A stretch of DNA of 64,000 nucleotides, taken from IMG/VR virus record IMGVR_UViG_3300045790_000889, one strand, 5' to 3'. Shown one piece after another: positions 49,224 to 57,759 of this stretch (positions within the stretch are counted from its first letter, which is position 1; the number at the start of each line of letters is the position of its first letter). Made by a program: the position numbers and the translations under genes. The DNA comes from an uncultured virus (IMG/VR IMGVR_UViG_3300045790_000889) (Duplodnaviria; Heunggongvirae; Uroviricota; Caudoviricetes). The notes under the pieces were generated by a model. It was not told the DNA's origin. It did not search any database and worked only from the letters and a program-made list of their open reading frames with translations.

Positions 49224-49831
49224 GTGTTGCTTATGAAGGATTAAATGATTGTGTGATATATGACTTTGAAACACTTTCTGTTGATGTAAACAGAGGTGTT
49301 GTATTATCTTTAGGTCTGCTTACTTTCTCTAGGGCGAGATTTACAAATAATCCATACAGTTATGAAGAACTTTTAGATAGTAGTGTTGGTATTAAATATG
49401 ATGTTAAAAAACAAGTGGAAGTTTATGATCGTAAGATTTCAAAATCTACGCTTGATTGGTGGAATAAACAGCCCAAAGAAACAACAGCATCAGTGATGGT
49501 TCCATCAGAAGATGATAAAGATATTAGTGAAACCTATAATTTTTTTGTGAAGAATGTAAATATCAATAACCTAAAAACTGTGTTTTCTCGCGGAAATACC
49601 TTTGATATTCCTTTCTTTGAAGGTATCTTAAATGATACTGGTAAAAAAGTTCCTTATCCATTTTGGATGGTTCGCGATACAAGGTCATTTCTTGATGGTT
49701 TGCTTTGGGGTTCTGATGTTAAGAATGATTATATTCCAGAAGGATGTGCAGAAAAGTTTGTTAAACATGATGCGCGGCATGATTGTGTAATGGACGTAAT
49801 GCGTATGCAAACAGTGATACAAAACCTATGA
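49220..49831 (+). CDS. dexA: DEDD 3'-5' exonuclease, DexA-like
   Basis: IYDFETL, TLDWW, SRGNTFD, RDTRS, HDARHDC. Confidence 0.85.
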   Translation: MSVAYEGLNDCVIYDFETLSVDVNRGVVLSLGLLTFSRARFTNNPYSYEELLDSSVGIKYDVKKQVEVYDRKISKSTLDWWNKQPKETTASVMVPSEDDKDISETYNFFVKNVNINNLKTVFSRGNTFDIPFFEGILNDTGKKVPYPFWMVRDTRSFLDGLLWGSDVKNDYIPEGCAEKFVKHDARHDCVMDVMRMQTVIQNL

Positions 49832-50205
49832 ACCACTTTGATTATTTAAACTCAATCAACCATAATAAAGACGATATTATGGTTGATGATATCACTGAGA
49901 AAGCATATAAATCATACTACATTAATAGATCATTATCCTATTTTAATGACACTATTCTTGCTGCAAATGAGATGAATAGGCATCATCATATTGACGATAG
50001 ATTACAATATGATTTTATGCGTAATATTGTTAGGAAACGAAAAAGGTTTTCTAAATGGACTAAGGCTGATAAAATGGATGCTTTAGATTCAATTAAGGAG
50101 TATTATGGATACTCAAATCAAAGAGCAAGAGAAGTTCTAAAATTGATACCCAAAGAGCATTTAGATCATATTAGATTTAAGTTGCGTAAGGGCGGTAAAA
50201 ATTAA
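49828..50205 (+). CDS. gp62: Clamp loader small subunit gp62
   Basis: MNHFDYLNSIN...INRSLS...ANEMN...QYDF...KRFSKW...YYGYS; start set at the ATGA overlap. Confidence 0.93.
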   Translation: MNHFDYLNSINHNKDDIMVDDITEKAYKSYYINRSLSYFNDTILAANEMNRHHHIDDRLQYDFMRNIVRKRKRFSKWTKADKMDALDSIKEYYGYSNQRAREVLKLIPKEHLDHIRFKLRKGGKN

Positions 50206-50210
50206 AATTA

Positions 50211-50218
50211 TATAAATA
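50211..50218 (+). promoter_or_regulatory. T4 late promoter upstream of regA and the HD gene
   Basis: Intergenic TATAAATA. Confidence 0.75.
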
Positions 50219-50259
50219 CCATTGTCATTAATGAATATAACAAAAAAAGTGAGTTGACA

Positions 50260-50673
50260 ATGAATGAAGAAACAAATATAGTAAATTGGTCACCAACTGA
50301 TATGTTGGAGATAACTTTAAATGAACCTGATGATTTCTTAAAAGTAAGAGAAACATTAACACGAATTGGTGTATCAAGTAGGAAAGAAAATAAACTATTT
50401 CAATCTTGTCATATCCTTCATAAACAAGGTAGATACTTTATAGTCCATTTTAAAGAGTTGTTTTTGCTAGATGGCAAAAAATCAAACTTAGAAGAAAGTG
50501 ACATAGGCCGTAGAAATACTATCGCTACACTTATGTCTGATTGGGGTCTAGTCTCCATACAAAATGAATCAGTTGCTAAAAATTTAGCACCTCTGCGACA
50601 GATTAAGATTATTCCTTTTAAAGAAAAAAGTAATTGGGAATTATGCCCCAAATATAATATAGGAAGAAAATAA
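50260..50673 (+). CDS. regA: Translational repressor RegA
   Basis: DDFLKVRETLTRIG, QSCHILHKQGRYFIVHFKELF. Confidence 0.97.
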   Translation: MNEETNIVNWSPTDMLEITLNEPDDFLKVRETLTRIGVSSRKENKLFQSCHILHKQGRYFIVHFKELFLLDGKKSNLEESDIGRRNTIATLMSDWGLVSIQNESVAKNLAPLRQIKIIPFKEKSNWELCPKYNIGRK

Positions 50674-50674
50674 A

Positions 50675-51232
50675 ATGCAGAGTTTTAAATCACATCTTAT
50701 CAATGAAAGTGCGCTTAGTGCATTAAGAACCGCAACGAAAGCACATAGTGGACAGTTTAGAAAAAGTGGAGGAGAATATATTGCTCATCCAAAAGAAGTC
50801 GCTAAAATAGTTGCTAAGTTCAAACCAAAATCAAAAAATTTATCTGCATTAGTTCAAGCGGCATATCTGCATGATACTATAGAAGATACTGATTTATCAC
50901 ATGCTGACTTAGTAAAGCAATTTGGTGGATTGGTTGCAAATTTAGTAGATCAACTAACCACTAAGAAAGATGATTTAGAAGCAGCAGGTGGTAAGGGTGA
51001 GTATATAAAAGATAAGATGGTCAACATGACAAGTTGGGCATTAGTTATTAAACTCGCTGATAGACTTGCTAATGTATCTGATATTAAGCAGCAGAAACCA
51101 GAATGGCAAAGAAAATATGCTGGTGATACAAAGTTGGCCCTAGACGCTGTAAAAAAAGATAGGAAACATTTGAGTCCTACACATAAGAAAATTATTAAGA
51201 ATATAGAAACCATAATCGCTCCTTATGTATAA
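50675..51232 (+). CDS. Stand-alone RelA/SpoT-type HD hydrolase (small alarmone hydrolase/Mesh1-like)
   Basis: AHSGQFRKSG.EYIAHP, AAYLHDTIEDT, FG..VA.LV..LT, IKLADRLAN; no synthetase domain. Confidence 0.85.
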   Translation: MQSFKSHLINESALSALRTATKAHSGQFRKSGGEYIAHPKEVAKIVAKFKPKSKNLSALVQAAYLHDTIEDTDLSHADLVKQFGGLVANLVDQLTTKKDDLEAAGGKGEYIKDKMVNMTSWALVIKLADRLANVSDIKQQKPEWQRKYAGDTKLALDAVKKDRKHLSPTHKKIIKNIETIIAPYV

Positions 51233-51235
51233 ATA
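51228..51235 (+). promoter_or_regulatory. T4 late promoter
   Basis: TATAAATA overlapping the stop codon of the HD gene. Confidence 0.8.
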
Positions 51236-51263
51236 GTAAGAACAAATGATAGGAGACTGAAAC

Positions 51264-51497
51264 ATGGCGTGGGTAAATATTACAAACAATTCTAGTTGGC
51301 AATATGACAATGCCCCAGTTGATCCCGGTGCTAATAGTCCATTAAGACCTCTATGGTTAAAACAAACTAACGGTATTAGAACTACAAATGGTCATGCTGT
51401 GTATACAAGTGTTCGTAAAACAGTAAATTCAGCATCTGGTACGTCTACAGTTTCTATGGGTGAAATTAGTAAAACCTTTTGGGATAATGCATCATGA
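51264..51497 (+). CDS. Hypothetical late protein (77 aa)
   Basis: AGGAG SD directly after a late promoter. Confidence 0.7.
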   Translation: MAWVNITNNSSWQYDNAPVDPGANSPLRPLWLKQTNGIRTTNGHAVYTSVRKTVNSASGTSTVSMGEISKTFWDNAS

Positions 51498-51763
51498 TTA
51501 AGTTTATGACATTTATAACTGATGAGTATCAGAGAGATTACAAAAAAGAACGAAAAACCTATCTTGGTACTCCAGAACAGATGGAAAGAAACGCTGCTAG
51601 AAAACGCGCTAGAAGAAAGATGGAAAAAGAGGGTAAGGCAGAGCCTTTTGATGGAAGAGATATTCATCACAAAGATGGTGATCCACTCAATAATAATCCC
51701 AAAAATTTATCAAGTGTAACTGTTCATTATAATCGTAAAGAGCCAAGGATGAGAGATAAATGA
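51494..51763 (+). CDS. Small basic HNH-motif protein
   Basis: DIHHKDGDPLNNNPKNL...N motif with a basic N-terminal helix. Confidence 0.75.
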   Translation: MIKFMTFITDEYQRDYKKERKTYLGTPEQMERNAARKRARRKMEKEGKAEPFDGRDIHHKDGDPLNNNPKNLSSVTVHYNRKEPRMRDK

Positions 51764-52161
51764 AAACATTTAAAAATTTTATAACAGAAGATAAATGCGA
51801 TTTAGTGGGTATGAAACAAATCAAAGCATTTGAATCCATTGTAGATAAATTGTTCAAAAAGTATGGGATTGATTTTAAATTCACTCGTCATTTTGGTGAT
51901 AGGATGGGAGACGATAGAAACAACCCTTGCATTTCCATGAAAGAGTTGGCAGAATTTATAAAAAAGATTTACGCAAGGCAAGGCAAGTCGCTTAAAGGTG
52001 TGGCTGGCGCAGAAGCGGTAATTAAAGATATGCAAACTAATTTAAATATTCCAGTAGCAGTTAAGTATGATCAAAGAAAAGATGAATTTGATGTTGTACT
52101 GAAAACGATTATGCGTAAAAAAGATTTTAAAACACCAGATAAGATAATAAGATATGCGTAA
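51760..52161 (+). CDS. Hypothetical protein with an MKTFKNFITE leader; possible RelE/BECR-like fold
   Basis: FTRHFGDR...KTIMRK pattern; the fold assignment is tentative. Confidence 0.55.
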   Translation: MKTFKNFITEDKCDLVGMKQIKAFESIVDKLFKKYGIDFKFTRHFGDRMGDDRNNPCISMKELAEFIKKIYARQGKSLKGVAGAEAVIKDMQTNLNIPVAVKYDQRKDEFDVVLKTIMRKKDFKTPDKIIRYA

Positions 52162-52196
52162 GTATGGAATGGCGTAGAACATTTTCGGATTAAATT

Positions 52197-52886
52197 ATGA
52201 AATACTTTATATCAGCACCTTTTGGAAACTATTTAAAACTTCCTAACGCAATTAGCGTAACTGGAAGTTGGACCGTTGAAAAAAGAGAAGGACTTATTCC
52301 CCAAATTTTTAAAACTCTTAGATATAAAAATGGTGGATGGATTAATAAAATTGGATTACGAAATGCAGGAATATATGAGGGTTTAAAAAGAACAAACTCT
52401 ACAGATGTGTTGAGCCTTGCCGCAATAGACGAATATGATTGGATAAATTTAGACCGCATAGTAGGTAAAAATTTGTCTGTTGAAATTAATATAAGTTGTC
52501 CAAACCTTGATAAAGATGTAGGAGCGGTTGATCTGCGCGGCTTTGATTTATTTCCTAAAAATAATAGAGAATGGTGTATATGTAAAATACCGCCTACTGC
52601 GACAGAATGTCTCATAGACAAGATAGTAGATTTGGGGTATAATCAAATACATGCAAGCAACACTTTGTACTCTTTAAATGGGGGTCAAAGTGGAACAATT
52701 TTAAAACCATATACTACAAGGATTATAGAATATATAAAGAGAAAACATCCCAGTGTCACTATAATCGCTGGTGGTGGGGTTACAAATAAGGATGATGCAG
52801 AATTTTATTTTGATAAGGGCGCAGACTATGTAAGTCTAGGAACAGTATGTTTTACACCTTGGAAAATAAAAAGCATAATTTCTTAA
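52197..52886 (+). CDS. Dihydroorotate dehydrogenase-like FMN TIM barrel
   Basis: NKIGLRNAG, EINISCPN, SNT, GGQSG, IAGGGV, GADYVSLGT. Confidence 0.8.
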   Translation: MKYFISAPFGNYLKLPNAISVTGSWTVEKREGLIPQIFKTLRYKNGGWINKIGLRNAGIYEGLKRTNSTDVLSLAAIDEYDWINLDRIVGKNLSVEINISCPNLDKDVGAVDLRGFDLFPKNNREWCICKIPPTATECLIDKIVDLGYNQIHASNTLYSLNGGQSGTILKPYTTRIIEYIKRKHPSVTIIAGGGVTNKDDAEFYFDKGADYVSLGTVCFTPWKIKSIIS

Positions 52887-52904
52887 CTTTTTTTTACCTA
52901 ACCT

Positions 52905-52932
52905 CTTGAAATCACAAAATAAAGACATATAT
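52905..52932 (+). promoter_or_regulatory. Possible RpoH (sigma32)-type promoter for hsp20
   Basis: CTTG-N17-CATATAT, close to the alphaproteobacterial CTTG-N17-CYTATNT consensus. Confidence 0.45.
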
Positions 52933-53023
52933 ACTAATGAGTTAGCATCTTGATGCTAATCAAACCAAGGGGATGCGAACAATCGGTCCCATTACAATCT
53001 TGCTTGATCAAAAGGAGATAACA

Positions 53024-53506
53024 ATGACAGGCTTACAAACACTTTTTCCACGTTCATCTTTCGTGGGTTTTGACCATCTATTCAATGAACTAGAGTTCAC
53101 TGCTAAACATGCTCAAGATCACTATCCACCACACAATATTATTAAAGCAGGAGAATCAGATTACTTGATTGAACTTGCTATTGCTGGATTTTCACAAGAT
53201 GAAATCAATGTTGAAGTAAAAGATAGAACTTTGACAATAACTGGTGAACACGTTTCTAAAGGTAGAGAATTTATCCATCGTGGCATTTCAACAAAGAAAT
53301 TTAAACGAACTTTTAGGCTGTCTGAACACGTACAAGTAAACGGAGCAGATATTCAAGATGGTATTCTGGCAATTGAGTTGCAGTATATTATCCCAGAAGA
53401 AATGCGTCCTCGTAAAATTTCAATTGGAAAAAACGAGGAAAACTCAAATGCAACACATACTAACAACACACAACTTCTTAACGAAAGGTCTAACAGGACT
53501 GTTTGA
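53024..53506 (+). CDS. Small heat-shock protein (Hsp20/IbpA family)
   Basis: GFDHLF, YPPHNI, IELAIAGF, HRGIS.K.F.R.F.L, DGIL; start at ATG 53024 after AAGGAG. Confidence 0.95.
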   Translation: MTGLQTLFPRSSFVGFDHLFNELEFTAKHAQDHYPPHNIIKAGESDYLIELAIAGFSQDEINVEVKDRTLTITGEHVSKGREFIHRGISTKKFKRTFRLSEHVQVNGADIQDGILAIELQYIIPEEMRPRKISIGKNEENSNATHTNNTQLLNERSNRTV

Positions 53507-53660
53507 TCTTTTATTATCTTTAGGAAAAAGTATTCAATTCTCAAGACAATGTTCTGCAAATGTAGATTTGGTAAGATATTTTAGAATAGAATATCCAAAT
53601 ATGTCGGATGCAGAGATATTATCTGAATTAAATAGAAGAACTTTGGGGGAATTTAAATGA
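53448..53660 (+). CDS. Hypothetical protein (70 aa) overlapping the hsp20 3' end
   Basis: GAGG SD then ATG 53448 (MQHILTTHNF...EFK); coupled to the next ORF by ATGA. Confidence 0.6.
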   Translation: MQHILTTHNFLTKGLTGLFDLLLSLGKSIQFSRQCSANVDLVRYFRIEYPNMSDAEILSELNRRTLGEFK

Positions 53661-53821
53661 TTCATTGGATCAAAAATTTCTTTAAGGGTGCGACACCTAA
53701 AACTATGATAGAAGAAAGAGATGAATATTTTGCAAATGCAAAAGATTTATGTGACCTTGAAAGAAGAATGAAAGCGTGGGAAAAAACATCTATGAATGAA
53801 AATCTTCGTGGGTGGATTTGA
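53657..53821 (+). CDS. 54-aa protein resembling DUF3563 (not in the ORF track)
   Basis: MIHWIKNFFKGATPKTMIEERDEYFANAKDLCDLERRMKAWEKTSMNENLRGWI; the R..Y.A.A.D..DLE.RM pattern. Confidence 0.6.
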   Translation: MIHWIKNFFKGATPKTMIEERDEYFANAKDLCDLERRMKAWEKTSMNENLRGWI

Positions 53822-53904
53822 TCTTATACCATATTATGATGAAATGGAAACTTTATAGACAGATTGCAGAATATATCTGGATTAGAGTTTTACCTTAAAA
53901 TTAG

Positions 53905-53927
53905 GAAGGGCATCAATGCCCTTCTTT
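53905..53927 (+). terminator. Intrinsic terminator-like hairpin
   Basis: gaagggca-tcaa-tgcccttc followed by ttt. Confidence 0.55.
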
Positions 53928-53953
53928 CACACACACAAATTATGGAGAATATA

Positions 53954-54259
53954 ATGAAAGAATATATTAATGACACTTGGAATAGTGTTATGGATGCAAA
54001 CGTCAATCCTTTAAAGAATATCCCAAATTTACAAGTACGCCATTTAATCATGCAAATTCTTGCATGGATGTGGGTATCTGTATGTTCTATGTACATTGGT
54101 AGTATCACTTTTTGGGGGATCAACGCAATCGCACATACACTTTTACTCGCTGCAATTGTTATTACAGTTGGCACATTTGAGACTGTGAAGCGAAAGCCTA
54201 AAGTTTTTGATAGAATTGATGGATACAACGGGCGACAAAATAACGGCGAACATAATTAA
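53954..54259 (+). CDS. Small membrane protein
   Basis: GGAG SD; NPLKNIP...RHLIMQILAWMW plus two hydrophobic stretches. Confidence 0.7.
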   Translation: MKEYINDTWNSVMDANVNPLKNIPNLQVRHLIMQILAWMWVSVCSMYIGSITFWGINAIAHTLLLAAIVITVGTFETVKRKPKVFDRIDGYNGRQNNGEHN

Positions 54260-54278
54260 AATTAGATAGGAACACACA

Positions 54279-54500
54279 ATGACACACAAAAATCCTTTTG
54301 AAATCCGCGCAGAAATGTTACAAATGGCAAAAGATTATATGGATCAGCAATGGACCATGAATATCCAACTTGCGAATGATTTGTATGATCAAGGCCATAA
54401 ATCAGCAGAAGAAGTTAAGGAAGCGTACAAAATTTATAGTACAGATGATTTGATGGCGAAGGCTAAAGAAATGTATTCTTTCGTATCAAAGAAAGATTAA
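54279..54500 (+). CDS. Hypothetical protein (73 aa)
   Basis: KNPFEIR.EML.MAKDY...AKEMYSFVS; AGGA SD. Confidence 0.75.
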   Translation: MTHKNPFEIRAEMLQMAKDYMDQQWTMNIQLANDLYDQGHKSAEEVKEAYKIYSTDDLMAKAKEMYSFVSKKD

Positions 54501-54573
54501 TGATCCACAGATCATATTTTAAGTTTATGATCTGTAAATCATATTATTATTAATTTTTTACAAAGGTATATTT

Positions 54574-55161
54574 ATGAATAGTTTGGCGCGAGACCTCGCG
54601 GAAAATGTTGATTGGAAAAATTTCTTTGAAATGAGACATTCTGTAGGTTCACAATTAAACGACAGAACATTACGTTTTTTAAAATCAATTATACAAGATA
54701 AAGCAATTGAAAAAATGAGTGGTGGTAAAGTCCAATATGTAGATTTAATTGGACAAGATCATCAATTTAAAAAATATCGTATTGAAACTAAATGTGGTAC
54801 AAATGTATTAACAACAGCAAAAGGTAAAGAAAAAAAGAAATCTGTAACTGGTTCTATCAAGTTGAACAATACACTAGGTTCAAGTCATGGTAGAACATTA
54901 CCTAACACGTTTGATTATCTGATGATTGTTGATAATGATGCAGTGGCAATAGTAAAGCGAGAAAATCTATTGCCACACATTACAAGTGGTGGAGATGGAC
55001 TTAGTGTTAAATTACCTTACTCAGAACTTGAGTGGGTTGTAAAACCAAAAGAGTTTGATCATGATAACTTTAAAAATATTCAGAGTGTGAATGTTTTAGA
55101 ACAACTTTATGAAATGATAGAGAAAATAATAACAATGTCTACTGATAAAAATAATAGATAA
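54574..55161 (+). CDS. Putative PD-(D/E)xK restriction-like nuclease
   Basis: GQD...IETK core and downstream FDYLMIVD strand. Confidence 0.5.
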   Translation: MNSLARDLAENVDWKNFFEMRHSVGSQLNDRTLRFLKSIIQDKAIEKMSGGKVQYVDLIGQDHQFKKYRIETKCGTNVLTTAKGKEKKKSVTGSIKLNNTLGSSHGRTLPNTFDYLMIVDNDAVAIVKRENLLPHITSGGDGLSVKLPYSELEWVVKPKEFDHDNFKNIQSVNVLEQLYEMIEKIITMSTDKNNR

Positions 55162-55165
55162 TTTG

Positions 55166-55194
55166 TTGACTAAACCTTTATATTATGGTATAAT
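55166..55194 (+). promoter_or_regulatory. Sigma70-type promoter for gp43
   Basis: TTGACT-N17-TATAAT with TGn extension. Confidence 0.85.
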
Positions 55195-55215
55195 AACTCC
55201 AAACGGAGAAGAATA

Positions 55216-57717
55216 TTGAAAGCATTTTATACAAACGTAGCAAGATATGGCAACTCACTCTTATACCGTGGTTATAATGACCACGGTGTTCGTATTGATA
55301 AGCGAGTCAAGTTTAAACCAAAACTCTTTGTTCGTAGCAAAGAAAAAAATACAGTATGGAAAACCCTTGAAGGATTTTCTGTTGCACCAGTAGAATTTGA
55401 ATCTATGAGAGCAGCAAAAGAATGGTTAGAGACTTACAAAGATATGGATAATGTCAAAATCTATGGCATGACTAATTATATCCAACAGTTTATAACTAGC
55501 GCATTTCCAAATGAAATAGAGTTTAATCGTAAAACAGTCAATGTCGCTAACTTAGATATTGAAGTTGCATCAGATGATGGATTCCCACATCCAGATGCTG
55601 CTGATTATCCTGTTATATCAATTTGCCATAAATCATCAACATCTAATGTTTATCACGTTTGGGGTTTGGGTGAATATGATGTTGATAAACGTGAAAATCA
55701 AAATTTGATTGTCCAGTACCGTCATTGTAAAAACGAATTAGAATTACTAGCAAAGTACATGGAATTTTGGACTAAGAATCCACCAGATGTTATAACTGGT
55801 TGGTATATTAAAATGTTTGATATGCCTTATCTAATTAATCGTGTTACTAAAATCGCTGGTAATGATGTGGCAAAAAAGTTTTCTCCATGGGGTTTGATTA
55901 GTGAACGCAACGTAAATGTCGCTGGTCAAAATCATAAACATTATGAAATAACTGGTATTTCTCAATTAGATTATATGGACCTATTTAAAAAGTTTGGATA
56001 TTCGTATGGAACTCAAGCATCATACAAATTAGATCACATTGCCAATACTGTACTTGGTGAGAAAAAATTATCGTATGAGGAACATGGAACACTTCATACT
56101 CTATATAAAAATGACCATCAATTATTCATTGATTATAATATCAAGGATGTTTACTTAGTGGATAAGATTGATGAAAAAATGGATTTGATTACTCTTGCAC
56201 TTACTATGGCATATCGTGGTGGTGTGAACTATGAGGCAACTCTTGGGACAACTGCTATATGGGACTCAATCATATATCGTGAACTGAATAAACAACATGT
56301 TGCTATACCACCAAATGAAAATACAATCAAATCACCATATCCAGGAGGTTACGTTAAAGAACCTAAAGTCGGCCTACATGATTGGGTGGTTTCGTTTGAT
56401 TTGAATTCACTATATCCCAATTTGATTATTCAATATAATATGTCACCAGAAACTTTGGTTGTAGATATTGAAAACACTTATCAATCAGGTGTTGAACATT
56501 ATATGAATAATGCTCCAAATGTAAAAAACGATCTTTCTGTAGCGGCAAATGGCTCAACTTATACTAGACAAAGGCAAGGTATTGTACCACAAATTATTGC
56601 AGATTATATGTTGGAGCGTAAAGCGACTAAGAAGTTAATGCTTGAAGCAATGCAAAAAAATCAAGATAATCCATCTACTGAACTTGAAAAGCAAATCAAT
56701 CAACTTGAAAATCGGCAAATGGCGATTAAAATTCTATTGAATTCTCTTTATGGTGCTTTGGGTAATGCTTACTTTCGGTATTTTGATATGCGTGTCGCAG
56801 AAGGTATTACTCTGTCTGGACAGTTAGCGATTCAATGGGCAGAACGCGCTATGAATGATGAAATGAATAAAATACTCAAAACAGATAATTTTGATTATGT
56901 AATCGCTATTGATACTGACTCACTGTATATCAACTTTGGGCCTTTTGTAGATAAATTGAAACCTAAAGACCCTGTTAAAGCATTGGACAAAATTTGCGCT
57001 GAACATTTTGAAAAGGTTTTAGAGAAAGCGTATGATAAACTATTTAATCAAATGAACGCATATACAAATCGCATGGTTATGGAAAGGGAAGCGATTGCAG
57101 ATCGTGGTATCTGGACAGCCAAAAAACGATATTTACTGAATGTTCATAATAACGAAGGTGTTCAATACGCAGAACCAAAATTAAAGATCATGGGTATTGA
57201 GGCTATTAAATCAAGCACACCTCAAGTGGTGCGAGATAAGTTTATGCAGTCGTTTAAAATCATCATGTCTGGTTCTGAAGAAAAAACAAGAAAGTTTATT
57301 GCTGATTTTAAGAAAGAGTTTAAATCTCTACCACCAGAAGATATATCTTTTCCAAGAGGTGTTAGTGATATTGTGAAATGGAGCGACAGAAAAACTATTT
57401 ACAAGAAAGGTACACCAATTCATGTGAGAGGTAGTTTACTCTATAATAATCAGATCAAAGATAAGGCATTAGGAAAAAAGTATGCGGTCATTCAAAATGG
57501 TGAAAAAATTAAGTTTTGCTATTTAAAGATGCCCAACCCTCTAAAGGAAAATGTTATATCATTTCCAGATTACATTCCAAGTGAGTTTAATCTACATAGA
57601 TATGTAAATTATGACGTTCAATTTGAAAAGACCTTTGTAGAACCAATTACACCAATCTTAGATGCAATTGGGTGGAGTGTGGAAGAAAGATCATCATTAG
57701 AAGATTTTCTCTCCTAA
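55216..57717 (+). CDS. gp43: Family B DNA polymerase gp43
   Basis: DIEV exonuclease motif, FDLNSLYP, KILLNSLYG, DTDS, KKRY; TTG start after GGAG. Confidence 0.98.
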   Translation: MKAFYTNVARYGNSLLYRGYNDHGVRIDKRVKFKPKLFVRSKEKNTVWKTLEGFSVAPVEFESMRAAKEWLETYKDMDNVKIYGMTNYIQQFITSAFPNEIEFNRKTVNVANLDIEVASDDGFPHPDAADYPVISICHKSSTSNVYHVWGLGEYDVDKRENQNLIVQYRHCKNELELLAKYMEFWTKNPPDVITGWYIKMFDMPYLINRVTKIAGNDVAKKFSPWGLISERNVNVAGQNHKHYEITGISQLDYMDLFKKFGYSYGTQASYKLDHIANTVLGEKKLSYEEHGTLHTLYKNDHQLFIDYNIKDVYLVDKIDEKMDLITLALTMAYRGGVNYEATLGTTAIWDSIIYRELNKQHVAIPPNENTIKSPYPGGYVKEPKVGLHDWVVSFDLNSLYPNLIIQYNMSPETLVVDIENTYQSGVEHYMNNAPNVKNDLSVAANGSTYTRQRQGIVPQIIADYMLERKATKKLMLEAMQKNQDNPSTELEKQINQLENRQMAIKILLNSLYGALGNAYFRYFDMRVAEGITLSGQLAIQWAERAMNDEMNKILKTDNFDYVIAIDTDSLYINFGPFVDKLKPKDPVKALDKICAEHFEKVLEKAYDKLFNQMNAYTNRMVMEREAIADRGIWTAKKRYLLNVHNNEGVQYAEPKLKIMGIEAIKSSTPQVVRDKFMQSFKIIMSGSEEKTRKFIADFKKEFKSLPPEDISFPRGVSDIVKWSDRKTIYKKGTPIHVRGSLLYNNQIKDKALGKKYAVIQNGEKIKFCYLKMPNPLKENVISFPDYIPSEFNLHRYVNYDVQFEKTFVEPITPILDAIGWSVEERSSLEDFLS

Positions 57718-57759
57718 GAATTATATTTAAGTTTATAAACAACAAGGAATAATTATATT

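Noticed and set aside
51494..51763. HNH gene as a mobile homing endonuclease
   Set aside because: Only 89 aa with no evident separate DNA-binding domain; coupled within a late operon.
52942..52959. Canonical CIRCE element
   Set aside because: Arms and spacing differ from TTAGCACTC-N9-GAGTGCTAA; kept only as a palindrome.
53836..53898. 20-codon ORF MMKWKLYRQIAEYIWIRVLP
   Set aside because: No SD and too short to support.
55216..57717. Intein or intron in gp43 (also considered for gp17, gp20, gp23 and UvsW)
   Set aside because: Lengths and motif spacing are ordinary and the frames are uninterrupted.
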